64,000 nt of DNA. Origin: Vulcanimicrobiota bacterium (GTDB lineage: Bacteria > Vulcanimicrobiota > Vulcanimicrobiia > Vulcanimicrobiales > Vulcanimicrobiaceae). The stretch covers positions 160,001 through 224,000 of the forward strand of contig CAWAXX010000017.1 of the NCBI GenBank assembly GCA_963786105.1, given 5' to 3'. Position numbers and translations under genes: made by a program. The notes beneath the pieces were generated by a model. The model was not told the origin of the DNA and did not search any database. It saw only the letters and a program-made list of their open reading frames with translations. Each line of letters opens with the position of its first letter. Position 1 is the stretch's first letter. This document shows positions 18,540-28,301 of this stretch, one piece after another.

Positions 18540-20084
18540 GTGACGCGCCGCACCGTTTTCATTCTCGACTTCGGCGCACAGTACAGCCAGCTAATCGCGC
18601 GGCGCACGCGTGAGTTGGGTGCCTATTGCGAGATCGTGCCGTTCGACACGCCGTGGAGCGAGCTCGCGGCGCGGGCGCCGGCGGCGTTGATCCTCTCGGG
18701 TGGTCCCGCGAGCACGCTGGTTGAGGATGCACCCGGAATCGATCCCGCGATCGTGGCCAGCGGCGTTCCGATGTTGGGGATCTGCTACGGCATGCAACTG
18801 CTGGCGCGCGAACTCGGAGCGGAGTTGGTGAAACTGGATCACGCGGAGTACGGCCCGGCGACGTTGCGCGTCGTGGACCGCTCCACGCCCCTCTTCGACG
18901 ACGTGCCTGCCGAGATTCGCGTGTGGATGTCGCACGGCGACTCGGTGGTGCGGCTGCCTGCCGGTTTTTCGGCCCTGGGGTCGACGCAGCGCTGCAACGT
19001 CGCAGCGATGGCCGACCCGCAACGGCGAGTCTACGCCGTGCAATTTCATCCCGAGGTGGTACACACCGAGCATGGGCGCGCGATCTTACAAAACTTTCTG
19101 CAGAAGGTTGCCGGTCTCGCGGACGAGTGGCGGATGGAGTCGTTCGTCGATTCGGCGATCGAAGCGATACGTGCGAAGATCGGAGGCGACAAGGTCATCT
19201 GCGCGTTATCGGGCGGGGTCGACTCGGCGGTGGCGGCGACCCTGGTATCGCGCGCGATCGGCGAGCAGCTAACCTGCATTTTCGTCGATCACGGCCTGCT
19301 GCGTAAGAACGAAGCCGAGCAAGTCGTTGCGGCGTTTCGCGACGTGATGCACCTCAACGTGTTGGCGATCGACGCTCGCAAGCGCTTCTTGAAAAAACTC
19401 AAAGGCGTGACCGATCCCGAAAAAAAGCGGGTGATTATCGGTCACGAATTCATCCGCGTGTTTGAAAAACAGGCCGAGAAGATCCCCGGTGTCAAGTTTT
19501 TGGTACAGGGCACGCTGTATCCGGACGTGATCGAATCCAAGACGCCGGAAAGCAAAGCGGGCCACAAGATTAAGTCGCATCACAACGTGGGCGGCCTACC
19601 AGAGAAGATGAACTTCGGTTTAATCGAGCCGCTACGACTGCTCTTTAAGGATGAAGTCCGCGAGCTCGGGCGCGTGCTTGGATTGCCCGAAGACATCGTG
19701 CGGCGCCAGCCGTTTCCCGGACCGGGCTTGGCCGTCCGCATCATCGGAGCCGTCACTCCCGAACGCCTGGAGATCGTCCGCGAAGCCGACGCGATCGTCC
19801 GCGAGGAGATCGACGCCGCACCCCTCGACCCGCATCCTTGGCAGTACTTTGCGGTCCTCACCCCGGTTCGGAGCGTTGGTGTGATGGGCGATGGCCGCAC
19901 CTATGCAAATCTGGTTGCCGTTCGCGCGATCACCAGCGAAGACGGAATGACGGCGGACTGGGCGCGCCTGCCGCACGCATTGCTCGAGCGGATATCGTCG
20001 CGCGTCGTTAACGAGGTGAACGGCGTGAACCGCGTCGCCTACGACGTAACGACCAAGCCGCCGGCGACGGTGGAGTGGGAATAG
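18540..20084 (+). CDS. guaA: GMP synthase (glutamine-hydrolysing)
   Basis: [30 protein letters not shown] and KPPATVEWE motifs. Confidence 0.97.
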   Translation: MTRRTVFILDFGAQYSQLIARRTRELGAYCEIVPFDTPWSELAARAPAALILSGGPASTLVEDAPGIDPAIVASGVPMLGICYGMQLLARELGAELVKLDHAEYGPATLRVVDRSTPLFDDVPAEIRVWMSHGDSVVRLPAGFSALGSTQRCNVAAMADPQRRVYAVQFHPEVVHTEHGRAILQNFLQKVAGLADEWRMESFVDSAIEAIRAKIGGDKVICALSGGVDSAVAATLVSRAIGEQLTCIFVDHGLLRKNEAEQVVAAFRDVMHLNVLAIDARKRFLKKLKGVTDPEKKRVIIGHEFIRVFEKQAEKIPGVKFLVQGTLYPDVIESKTPESKAGHKIKSHHNVGGLPEKMNFGLIEPLRLLFKDEVRELGRVLGLPEDIVRRQPFPGPGLAVRIIGAVTPERLEIVREADAIVREEIDAAPLDPHPWQYFAVLTPVRSVGVMGDGRTYANLVAVRAITSEDGMTADWARLPHALLERISSRVVNEVNGVNRVAYDVTTKPPATVEWE

Positions 20085-20090
20085 CGGCAC

Positions 20091-21374
20091 GTGCGTATCC
20101 TGGTCATCGGAAACGGAGCGCGGGAGGACGCGCTATCGTGGCGGCTGGCGCAGTCGCCATCGTGCGACGCAATCTTCGCCGCACCCGGAAATGCGGGCAC
20201 GGCATCGCGCGGCGAGAACTGGAACGTGGCCGCCACCGACGGCAAAGCACTGGTCGAAAAATGCCGTGAGGAACGCATCGATTTCGTCGTGATCGGTCCG
20301 GAAACGGCGATTGCGGCGGGCGTCGGCGACCATCTGCGCGAGGCGGGGCTTGCCGTATTTGGGCCCAACCGCTCGGGCGGACGCCTCGAATCGAGTAAAG
20401 TGTTTGCCAAGCGATTCATGGAGCGCCATAGCATTCCGACGGCGCGGGCCGTGGTGGTGCATGCGCTCGACGGTGCGATGAAGGCGCTGGACGCCTGGAA
20501 AAGCGGTGGCGTAGTCATCAAGGCCGACGGCTTGGCTGCGGGTAAAGGCGTTATCGTCTGCGCGGACACCGATTCCGCACGCGCGGCGTTGGCGCAGTGG
20601 TACGCGAGGAACAAAGTACCGGGCGGCGGCTCCGACGTGTTGCTGGAAGAAGTCCTCGAGGGCCGGGAAGTGAGCGTGTTCGCACTCGCCGACGGCCGCG
20701 CGATGGCACCGATGTCGGCGGCGTGCGACTACAAGCGCGCCGGAGACGGCGACACCGGTCCGAACACCGGCGGCATGGGTGCGTACTCGCCGCCGAGCGG
20801 GTTTCCCGAGGATTTGTACGACCGCGTGCGCGAGCGTATTCTGGCGCCGGTGTTGCGCGGATTGTTGGCGGAGGGCGAGGAGTACGTCGGCGTCTTGTAC
20901 TGCGGTCTAATGTGGACGGCCGACGGCCCGTACGTCATCGAGTTCAACGTTCGTTTCGGCGATCCGGAGACGCAGGTTCTGATGCCGCGCATCGGCGGCG
21001 ACTTCGCGCAGCTGCTCAAATCGGCCGCCGACGGCGCGATGGATCTTTCGCTCGCGACGCTCTCGGCACAGAGCTGCGTCGGCGTCGTGCTCGCGACCGG
21101 CGACTACCCTCGCAGCAACACGGCGCTTCGCGACTTGAGCGCCGACGTCGCCCTTGGCGAGGGCTGTCAGGCATTTTGGGGCAGCTCGACGCGCGTCGAC
21201 GGAAAGGTTAACACCGGCGGCGGTCGCGTCCTGACGGTCACCGCGCTCGGCGACGACCTGGAACGGGCCCGGAATCGCGCCTACGAGTCGGTCAGAACGC
21301 TGGCGCTGCGCCTCGGAACGAACGCGCTGACCTACCGGACGGATATCGGAAAAATCGCCGGCGCTACGGGCTAG
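20091..21374 (+). CDS. purD: Phosphoribosylamine-glycine ligase
   Basis: IKADGLAAGKGV, GPNTGGMGAYSP and EFNVRFGDPE motifs. Confidence 0.96.
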   Translation: MRILVIGNGAREDALSWRLAQSPSCDAIFAAPGNAGTASRGENWNVAATDGKALVEKCREERIDFVVIGPETAIAAGVGDHLREAGLAVFGPNRSGGRLESSKVFAKRFMERHSIPTARAVVVHALDGAMKALDAWKSGGVVIKADGLAAGKGVIVCADTDSARAALAQWYARNKVPGGGSDVLLEEVLEGREVSVFALADGRAMAPMSAACDYKRAGDGDTGPNTGGMGAYSPPSGFPEDLYDRVRERILAPVLRGLLAEGEEYVGVLYCGLMWTADGPYVIEFNVRFGDPETQVLMPRIGGDFAQLLKSAADGAMDLSLATLSAQSCVGVVLATGDYPRSNTALRDLSADVALGEGCQAFWGSSTRVDGKVNTGGGRVLTVTALGDDLERARNRAYESVRTLALRLGTNALTYRTDIGKIAGATG

Positions 21375-21467
21375 CGCCGGCCAGGGCCGTGCCGCGACGA
21401 CTTCGGGGCAGGCGGCTCCGCGGGTTGGTTGTAACTTCGGGGCTGGACGGAGGTTCATAGCTAACGT

Positions 21468-22145
21468 ATGGCTTTTCGATTTCAACAGCCGCCGCGGTCG
21501 CCGTACGGCGCTCCGCTGGCGCCGGCGATACCGACTCATTCACTGCTCGCGCAGGTACTCGGCATCACCGCCCTGGGTCTGTGCGTAACGGCGCTGGCGG
21601 CGTACGTCGCGCAGGGCGTGTCGCCGGGCCTTGGCTTAGTCGCATTGATCGGCGGCTTCATTCTGCTGTTTGCGATCAACGGGACGCGGAACAACGCAGC
21701 GCTGTCGCTGACGCTGTTTTATGCGTTCGCATTCCTGGAAGGCGTCGGCATCGCTCCGACGATCGGCCGGTACGTTCAGACGGTCGGGCCGAGCGTCGTC
21801 GTCAACGCAGCGCTGACGACGGGTTTGGGCATGTTTGCCTTGGCCGCCATCGTGTATGCGACCGGTCTGGATCTGCGGCGTTTCCAAGGGATCTTCTTTA
21901 TCGCGCTGCTGGGTTTGGTCGTCTTCGGCATCGTCTCGATCTTCGTACGCTTCGTGCATCCCGAGGTCTACGCGTGGCTGACCCTGGTCATTTTTACCGG
22001 CCTCGTGCTGATCGATTTCGCGCGGATTCGGGCGGGGGGCGACGGACTCACTCCGGTGCAGATGGCGGTCAGCATCTATCTCGACGTGATTAACATTTTC
22101 CTCGCCTTGCTTCAGATTTTCGGCGGTCGCCGATCGAGCGATTGA
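21468..22145 (+). CDS. Bax inhibitor-1/YccA family membrane protein
   Basis: Seven hydrophobic segments; C-terminal SIYLDVINIFLALLQIFG. Confidence 0.88.
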   Translation: MAFRFQQPPRSPYGAPLAPAIPTHSLLAQVLGITALGLCVTALAAYVAQGVSPGLGLVALIGGFILLFAINGTRNNAALSLTLFYAFAFLEGVGIAPTIGRYVQTVGPSVVVNAALTTGLGMFALAAIVYATGLDLRRFQGIFFIALLGLVVFGIVSIFVRFVHPEVYAWLTLVIFTGLVLIDFARIRAGGDGLTPVQMAVSIYLDVINIFLALLQIFGGRRSSD

Positions 22146-22184
22146 CGTGGACCGGCTCGACCCGGGACGAAATCGGGCCGGGCC

Positions 22185-22193
22185 TGGTATAAT
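22185..22193 (+). promoter_or_regulatory. Extended -10 promoter of purF
   Basis: TG-G-TATAAT ending 8 nt before the ATG. Confidence 0.65.
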
Positions 22194-22201
22194 GTAAGGA
22201 G

Positions 22202-23596
22202 ATGTGCGGGATTACGGGGGTCTTTGCGCCGGGTCGCGACGCAGCCCGCCTCGCGTACTTCGCGCTATTCGCCCTTCAGCATCGCGGCCAGGAGTCGGCG
22301 GGCATCGCTGCCGCCGACGGCGGAACGATTCGGTCGCACAAAGAGATGGGGTTGCTGAGCGCCATTTTCGACGAAAGCATCCTCGCGCAACTCAGCGGAC
22401 ACATTGCCGTCGGCCACACGCGCTACTCGACGACGGGATCGTCGATCGTGGTCAACGCGCAGCCGCTGCTCGAGCGAACCGAGCTCGGCGACTTCGCGTT
22501 CGTGCACAATGGGAACATTACCAACACCGACGAGTTGCGTGAAACGCTCTCGCCGACGACCGTCCTGCAGGCCAGCTCCGATTCCGAAGTCGTCGCCAAG
22601 TTGTTGGTCGAGTCAAAGGGCTCGATGGTCGACCGGATCAAGGCGGTGCTCGCGTCAGCGCGCGGTGCGTATTCGGTCGTCCTCTGCACGCAGGACGAGT
22701 TGTACGCGTTTCGGGATCCCTGGGGCGTGCGCCCGCTCTGTCTGGGAACTCTAAGCGACGGCGGCTACGTGGTCGCGTCGGAGTCGTGTGCGTTGGGGAC
22801 CATCGGCGCGCAGTACGTGCGCGAAATCGAGCGCGGCGAAATCTTGCGCATTACCTCCGGGGGGATCGAGTCGTTTCAAACCGATGTCGAAACGGCAACC
22901 CCGGCGCTGTGCATGTTCGAATACATCTACTTCGCGCGTCCCGATTCAAAGTTCAACGAACGTTCGATTTACATGGCGCGATACGCCATGGGCCGCCAAC
23001 TCGCTAAGGAACATCCGGTCGAGGCCGACGTCGTTATGGCGGTCCCCGACTCGGCGGTCCCCGGCGGTATCGGCTACGCGACCGAGAGCGGCTTGCCGTA
23101 CATCGAGGGTCTCATCAAGAACCGCTACATCGGGCGAACGTTCATCAGCCCGGATCAATCGATGCGATCCCGCGGCGTCCATCTTAAGTTCAATCCGGTC
23201 GTCGAGAATCTCATCGGCCAGCGGGTAATCGTCGTGGACGACTCGATCGTGCGAGGCACGACGACGCCACGCATCGTCGCCCTGCTGCGCGAGGCCGGAG
23301 CGACCGAAGTTCACCTGCGCATCACGTCGCCGCCGATCAAACACCCGTGCTATCTTGGCGTCGACATGGCGACGTACGACGAACTCGTGGCGGCGAACTA
23401 TACGGTAGAACAGATTCGCGAACGAACCGGCGCCGACTCACTCGGGTACCTCAGCCTAGCCGGACTGATTGCCGCGAGCGGTCGCAAACGCGAGGAGATG
23501 TGCCTAGGCTGTCTGACCGGGGAGTATCCGAACGCGCCGGCGACGCACCAGGTACGTATGCTCGCAGAACCGAAAGTTGCGGGCGTATCTACCTAA
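22202..23596 (+). CDS. purF: Amidophosphoribosyltransferase
   Basis: N-terminal MCGI, LQHRGQE, GHTRYST, CMFEYIYFARPDS and VVDDSIVRGTT motifs. Confidence 0.97.
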   Translation: MCGITGVFAPGRDAARLAYFALFALQHRGQESAGIAAADGGTIRSHKEMGLLSAIFDESILAQLSGHIAVGHTRYSTTGSSIVVNAQPLLERTELGDFAFVHNGNITNTDELRETLSPTTVLQASSDSEVVAKLLVESKGSMVDRIKAVLASARGAYSVVLCTQDELYAFRDPWGVRPLCLGTLSDGGYVVASESCALGTIGAQYVREIERGEILRITSGGIESFQTDVETATPALCMFEYIYFARPDSKFNERSIYMARYAMGRQLAKEHPVEADVVMAVPDSAVPGGIGYATESGLPYIEGLIKNRYIGRTFISPDQSMRSRGVHLKFNPVVENLIGQRVIVVDDSIVRGTTTPRIVALLREAGATEVHLRITSPPIKHPCYLGVDMATYDELVAANYTVEQIRERTGADSLGYLSLAGLIAASGRKREEMCLGCLTGEYPNAPATHQVRMLAEPKVAGVST

Positions 23597-23606
23597 GAGG
23601 ACGCTG

Positions 23607-24263
23607 ATGAGCCGTTGGTATCCATTTTTTTCTGTGGCGTGGATCGTGGCGCTGACGGCGTGCGAATCGTCTCACGTATCCCCGTTGCCGCAGAACGGCG
23701 GAAGCGCGTGGAACGCGAGCGATGCCGTTGTGCCGGAAGTAAACCCGATTTTGCAAAACGGGTCGTTTGAGACGCCGGTCGTCCCCTCTGGATCGTATAC
23801 GAGCTATAACACGGGTCAGAACTTCTCGCATTGGACGGTCGTGGGCGCGGCCGGCAACGTCTCCGTCGTAAGCGATTCCTTCGTTTACAATGGGTACAAC
23901 TTTCCGGCCGGATGCGGCAAGCAGTGGCTTGACCTGACGGGCACGAGCCAGTCAAAGACCGGCGTGCTTGCGCACATCCAGACGGTGTCGGGGAAGACGT
24001 ACGCGATTGCGTTCGAGGTTGGGAATGCGTATGACCCGACTGGTAATATCGGCACGTCCAGCACCGTATTCGTCTATGTCAATGGGAAGAAGATCTTTTC
24101 GGCAAAGAACACAAAAGGCAAGGGCGTAAAGCATCAAGTGTGGCAGAAGTTTTCCACGCAGTTCACGGCACAGTCGACAAAAGCGTCGATCAAGTTCCTC
24201 AACGGCGACCCGCCAACGGATACGGATAACGGACTCGATTGCGTCGCGGTGACGCAGGTCTGA
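23607..24263 (+). CDS. DUF642-like carbohydrate-binding-fold lipoprotein
   Basis: Lipobox LTAC; LQNGSFETP and WLDLTG motifs. Confidence 0.65.
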   Translation: MSRWYPFFSVAWIVALTACESSHVSPLPQNGGSAWNASDAVVPEVNPILQNGSFETPVVPSGSYTSYNTGQNFSHWTVVGAAGNVSVVSDSFVYNGYNFPAGCGKQWLDLTGTSQSKTGVLAHIQTVSGKTYAIAFEVGNAYDPTGNIGTSSTVFVYVNGKKIFSAKNTKGKGVKHQVWQKFSTQFTAQSTKASIKFLNGDPPTDTDNGLDCVAVTQV

Positions 24264-24291
24264 TGCAAAACGGTTTCTAGCCGCCGACTCC

Positions 24292-25134
24292 TTAGGCGGC
24301 CGGAAAGGTCCCGTCGCGGACGTCGCGGGCATAGGCGCCCAGCGCTTCGGTCGCGAGGCGGCCTACCTCTGCATAGCGCTTTGCGAACGAGGGGGAGTGC
24401 GAGTACATCCCGAGGATGTCATGAAGCACCAGCACTTGCGAGTCGCAGTGCGGTCCTGAGCCGATGCCGATCGTGGGAATCGATAACATCTCCGTGATCT
24501 CACGCGAGATTTCGTGGTCGACCACTTCGAGGACGATCGCATATGCGCCGGCGGATTCAATCGCGCGGGCGTCGTCGATCAAGCGATCGCGATGCGTGCG
24601 CATTTTGAATCCCGGACCGAGCCCGGCGGTCTGCGGCGTTACGCCGATGTGTCCCACGACCGGAATCCCACTGCGCGCGATGGCCCGGACGCGCTCGGCT
24701 TCGTAGACGCCGCCTTCGAGTTTTACCGAACAAGCGCCGCCGTCTTTGATAAACCGAATCGCCGAGCGGAGCGCGTCTTCATTGCTGACTTGATACGAGC
24801 CGAAAGGCATGTCGGCGATGATGTGGGCGCGAGCCGTTCCTCGTACGACCGCCTGCGAATGGTGAATGATTTGCTCGATCGTGACCGGGGTCGTCTCGTC
24901 GTATCCGAGCACCACGTTGCCGACGCTGTCGCCGACGAGAATGACGTCGATGCCGGCGTCTTCGACGAACTGACCGAACGGCGCGTCGTAGGCGGTCGCG
25001 ACCGGAAAGCGGGTTTTGCCTTTGCGGCGCTTGATCGCTCCGGCGGTGAGGCGGCGGATGGCCGGATTTTTTTCAGGCTCGTACGGACGGGCGTCGGCTG
25101 CCCCGTTCAGTGCCTTTTTTACTGAGGTGTACAC
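24292..25134 (-). CDS. panB: 3-methyl-2-oxobutanoate hydroxymethyltransferase
   Basis: TAYD, ILVGDS, ADMPFGSY, VKLEGG, GHIGVTPQ and TIGIGSG motifs. Confidence 0.95.
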   Translation of the reverse strand: MYTSVKKALNGAADARPYEPEKNPAIRRLTAGAIKRRKGKTRFPVATAYDAPFGQFVEDAGIDVILVGDSVGNVVLGYDETTPVTIEQIIHHSQAVVRGTARAHIIADMPFGSYQVSNEDALRSAIRFIKDGGACSVKLEGGVYEAERVRAIARSGIPVVGHIGVTPQTAGLGPGFKMRTHRDRLIDDARAIESAGAYAIVLEVVDHEISREITEMLSIPTIGIGSGPHCDSQVLVLHDILGMYSHSPSFAKRYAEVGRLATEALGAYARDVRDGTFPAA

Positions 25135-25188
25135 GGTACCAGAGCCGTTCGTTGAGGGCGCGCCAAACCCCCGTCCTGCGTCCTTCGT

Positions 25189-25256
25189 CCTGCGACTACG
25201 CGAGCTTCGCTCGCTCCGCTCAGGATGACAAAACGGCGGCTTTGCTCAGGATGACA
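25189..25256 (+). repeat. REP-like repeat (full unit plus partial unit) overlapping the pepA stop codon
   Basis: CCTGCGACTAC-GCGAGC-TTC-GCTCGC-TCCGCTCAGGATGACA and a second GCTCAGGATGACA at 25244-25256. Confidence 0.85.
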
Positions 25257-26730
25257 ACGCTTCGGCGAGCGCGACGAAGGTGCGCACCGGAATCGCAGTT
25301 GGACCTTTTGCCTGCCAGGCGGATTCGTTATCGAGATACGCGGTGCCTGCGATATCGACGTGGATCCACGGCGTCTTCTCGACGAACGCGCGCAAGAACG
25401 CCGCGGCCGTCAGCGTTCCAGCGGCGCGGCCGCCGGTGTTTTTCAAATCGGCGATATCGCTCTTCATTTGCGTGGAATAGTCGTCGTAATAGGGAAGTTG
25501 CCAAAAGCGCTCACCACTCGGTTTGGCTGCCGCAAGAAAATCCTTGACGAACGCGTCGTCGTTCGAGACGACCGCCGCCGCGGCATGACCGAGCGCGATC
25601 ACGACGGCACCGGTCAAGGTGGCGACGTCGATGATTTTGGTTGCACCGAGCTTTTCGGCATAGCAAAGCCCGTCGGCAAGAACGAGGCGCCCTTCAGCAT
25701 CGGTGTTGATTACCTCGATCGTCTTCCCGTTCATCGCTTTCACGATGTCGCCCGGTTTGGTCGCCTTGCCACCGGGCATGTTTTCGGTGGCCGGCACGAT
25801 GCCGACTACGTTGATTTTCGGCTTGAGTTTTCCCAGCGCCGACATGGTCGCGACGACCGCTGCGCCCCCGGACATGTCGTACTTCATCTCTTCCATACGC
25901 TCGGCGGGTTTGATCGAGATGCCGCCGCTGTCGAAGGTAATGCCTTTGCCGACGAGCGCGAGGAGCTCTTTACTCCCCGGATCGCCGTTATAGCGCATGA
26001 CGATGAACTTGGGCGGTTGAACGCTTCCCTGCGCGACCGAAAGGAAGGAACCCATGCCCTCTTTCCGCGCGCGCGCTTCGTCGAAAACCTCAATATCGAC
26101 CGACGCGCTCTTGGCGGCAGCGGTCGCCTGTTCGGCGAGGATTGCCGGCGTCATATCGTTCGCGGGAGTGATCGCCAGCCGGCGAGCAAAGTTGACGGCG
26201 TCGCCAAGGATGGTTCCGCGCGCGACCCCGCGCTCCAGCGCCTTCGCATCGAGTCCGCCGGCAAGCAGATCGATCGCCTCGACGCCGATCTTCTTCTCGG
26301 GCGACGCTTGATAGACGGTCGTCTCGAACGATCCCGCAATGGCGCCTTCGGCGACGAACGAACCGGCGGCCGCGGCGTCGGTGCCTACCTGGTTCGGCAG
26401 CGCGATCGCAAACGTCGTGAGGTTTCTCCGCCCGAGGTAGCGGACCGCAATGGCCGCATAGCGAGCGAGCAGCGGAAGTTCGAACTTCGCACTTTCGCCC
26501 AGACCCACCCCAAGAACTCGGCGGAATGGCTGGTCCTTGGCGTACGCGAGTACGGTCTCGCCAAGTTTTCCCTTGACCTCGCCCGCCGCGAGCGCGTCGG
26601 AAATCGGACCGCCGACGGCGGCGTCAACGTCCTTGGACGTGCCATCGAGCGCGGTACTTTCGAAAATCGGCACAACGAGTGCCTCGGTGCGCACGCCGAG
26701 CGGCGCATCCCCAACGATACGGATTTGCAT
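25246..26730 (-). CDS. pepA: Leucyl aminopeptidase (M17)
   Basis: VGKGITFDSGG, MKYDMSGGA, NTDAEGRLVLAD, ATLTGA and HVDIAG motifs; start MQIRIVG. Confidence 0.93.
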   Translation of the reverse strand: MQIRIVGDAPLGVRTEALVVPIFESTALDGTSKDVDAAVGGPISDALAAGEVKGKLGETVLAYAKDQPFRRVLGVGLGESAKFELPLLARYAAIAVRYLGRRNLTTFAIALPNQVGTDAAAAGSFVAEGAIAGSFETTVYQASPEKKIGVEAIDLLAGGLDAKALERGVARGTILGDAVNFARRLAITPANDMTPAILAEQATAAAKSASVDIEVFDEARARKEGMGSFLSVAQGSVQPPKFIVMRYNGDPGSKELLALVGKGITFDSGGISIKPAERMEEMKYDMSGGAAVVATMSALGKLKPKINVVGIVPATENMPGGKATKPGDIVKAMNGKTIEVINTDAEGRLVLADGLCYAEKLGATKIIDVATLTGAVVIALGHAAAAVVSNDDAFVKDFLAAAKPSGERFWQLPYYDDYSTQMKSDIADLKNTGGRAAGTLTAAAFLRAFVEKTPWIHVDIAGTAYLDNESAWQAKGPTAIPVRTFVALAEALSS

Positions 26731-26791
26731 GGTGAACCTTTCGCGCGGTGAACTACTGCTCACAGATGAGCCAGCCCTGCGAACCAGACGC

Positions 26792-27838
26792 GTGACCGAC
26801 ATAGGTCGCAGCCCCGATGCATACGCTCGCGCCGGCGTCGACATTGCCGCCGGCAACATTGCCGTCGCGCGCTACCGGGAGTTGCTGGGCCAGTGGCGGC
26901 ATCCCGGTCAGCTCGACGCTATCGGCGGCTTCGGCGGCATCTTCCGGATGCCTGGGGACGATCGCCGAGCGCTGGTCGCTTCTAACGACGGCGTTGGGAC
27001 GAAGATCCTCATTGCCTCGGAACTCGAGCGATACGATACGGTCGGCGCCGATCTGGTCAATCACTGCGTTAACGACATTTTAGTCGTGAACGCGACGCCG
27101 CTGTTCTTCTTGGATTATTTTGCCGTCGGCAAGCTCGACCCGGCGGTGGCCGCGGAGGTCGTCGGCGGATGCGCTCGAGCGTGCCGCGCTCACAACTGCG
27201 CGTTGCTCGGCGGCGAAACCGCCGAAATGCCGGGTCTCTACGCGCCGGGGCACTTCGACCTCGCCGGAACGATCGTGGGCATGGTCGAGGTCGCCGAGAT
27301 CCCGAAGCCGGCCGACGTGATTCCGGGCGATGCTATCGTCGGCTTGCCAGCCATCGGGCTGCACACCAACGGCTACTCGCTTGCGCGTGCGCTCATTCCC
27401 AGCGACCAGTGGAACTCGCCGATGGCCGAAGGAGGAACGACGTACGGCGACGCGCTGTTGGCCGCGCATCCTTCGTACTACGACGCCGTGCGAGCTATAC
27501 AGCGCGTCGCCCGCGTGAAAACGATGGCGCATATCACCGGCGGCGGTTTGCTCGAAAACGTTCCGCGCACGCTGCCCGACGGCGTGAAGGCGATTTTCGA
27601 GCAGCAGCGCTGGACCGTACCGGCGATCGAACGCGAGCTGGTGCGGCGGGGAAAACTCGACGTCGAGGAGCGGTATCGCACGCTGAACATGGGCATCGGG
27701 TACACGCTCGTCGTTCCTCTGGCGGACGCCGCCAATGCGGTGACCGCCAGTCCGGGGGCGAGCGTGGTCGGTTGGATCGAAGCGCGTGGCGGATCGGAAC
27801 CACGGGTCGTCGTTCATCCGGCGAGAGAAGACGCATGA
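26792..27838 (+). CDS. purM: AIR synthetase (phosphoribosylformylglycinamidine cyclo-ligase)
   Basis: YARAGVDI, DGVGTK, GGETAEMPG, GLHTNGYSL, AHITGGG and TLNMGIG motifs. Confidence 0.95.
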   Translation: MTDIGRSPDAYARAGVDIAAGNIAVARYRELLGQWRHPGQLDAIGGFGGIFRMPGDDRRALVASNDGVGTKILIASELERYDTVGADLVNHCVNDILVVNATPLFFLDYFAVGKLDPAVAAEVVGGCARACRAHNCALLGGETAEMPGLYAPGHFDLAGTIVGMVEVAEIPKPADVIPGDAIVGLPAIGLHTNGYSLARALIPSDQWNSPMAEGGTTYGDALLAAHPSYYDAVRAIQRVARVKTMAHITGGGLLENVPRTLPDGVKAIFEQQRWTVPAIERELVRRGKLDVEERYRTLNMGIGYTLVVPLADAANAVTASPGASVVGWIEARGGSEPRVVVHPAREDA

Positions 27839-28287
27839 CCGGCTCGACGGTTCGCGAGCTCGCGGCCGCTCTCGATACGCTCGACGTGCGCGAGGTGCGC
27901 GCACGCCGGGCTGCCGAGATCGTGCGGTCGGCGCGTAACTACCGGTGGGTCGGCATCTATGACGTCGACGACGATCGCATCGAGTTGGTGGGACACACCG
28001 GCGTTCAGGCGCCGGTCTTCATCGAGTTTTCCACGGCGGAAGGGTTGAGCGGCGAAGCGGTACGTACGCGCGCAACGGTGATCAGCAACGACGTTGCAAA
28101 CGATGCGCGCTATCTTACCGCGTTCGAGTCAACCGGCTCCGAGATGATCGTGCCGATCCTTGGCGCCGAGAGCGGAATCGCGATCGGCACGCTCGACGTC
28201 GAAAGCGATCGCGTGGGCGCGTTTTCCGACGACGATCGCAATTTCGTGGAACGCTGCGCGACCGCGCTCATGCCGCTGTTCGAATAG
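27835..28287 (+). CDS. Stand-alone GAF-domain protein (fRMsr/YebR-like)
   Basis: YRWVGIY, SEMIVPI and GTLDVESDRVGAF motifs; ATGA overlap with purM. Confidence 0.8.
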   Translation: MTGSTVRELAAALDTLDVREVRARRAAEIVRSARNYRWVGIYDVDDDRIELVGHTGVQAPVFIEFSTAEGLSGEAVRTRATVISNDVANDARYLTAFESTGSEMIVPILGAESGIAIGTLDVESDRVGAFSDDDRNFVERCATALMPLFE

Positions 28288-28301
28288 CGACGACCGCCGG
28301 C

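Noticed and set aside
25360..26751. Long antisense or alternate-frame ORFs (e.g. 25360..26751 +, 49079..50107 +, 50436..51566 +, 56552..57616 -, 63203..63940 -)
   Set aside because: They shadow well-supported genes, which is expected at high GC, and show no recognisable motifs.
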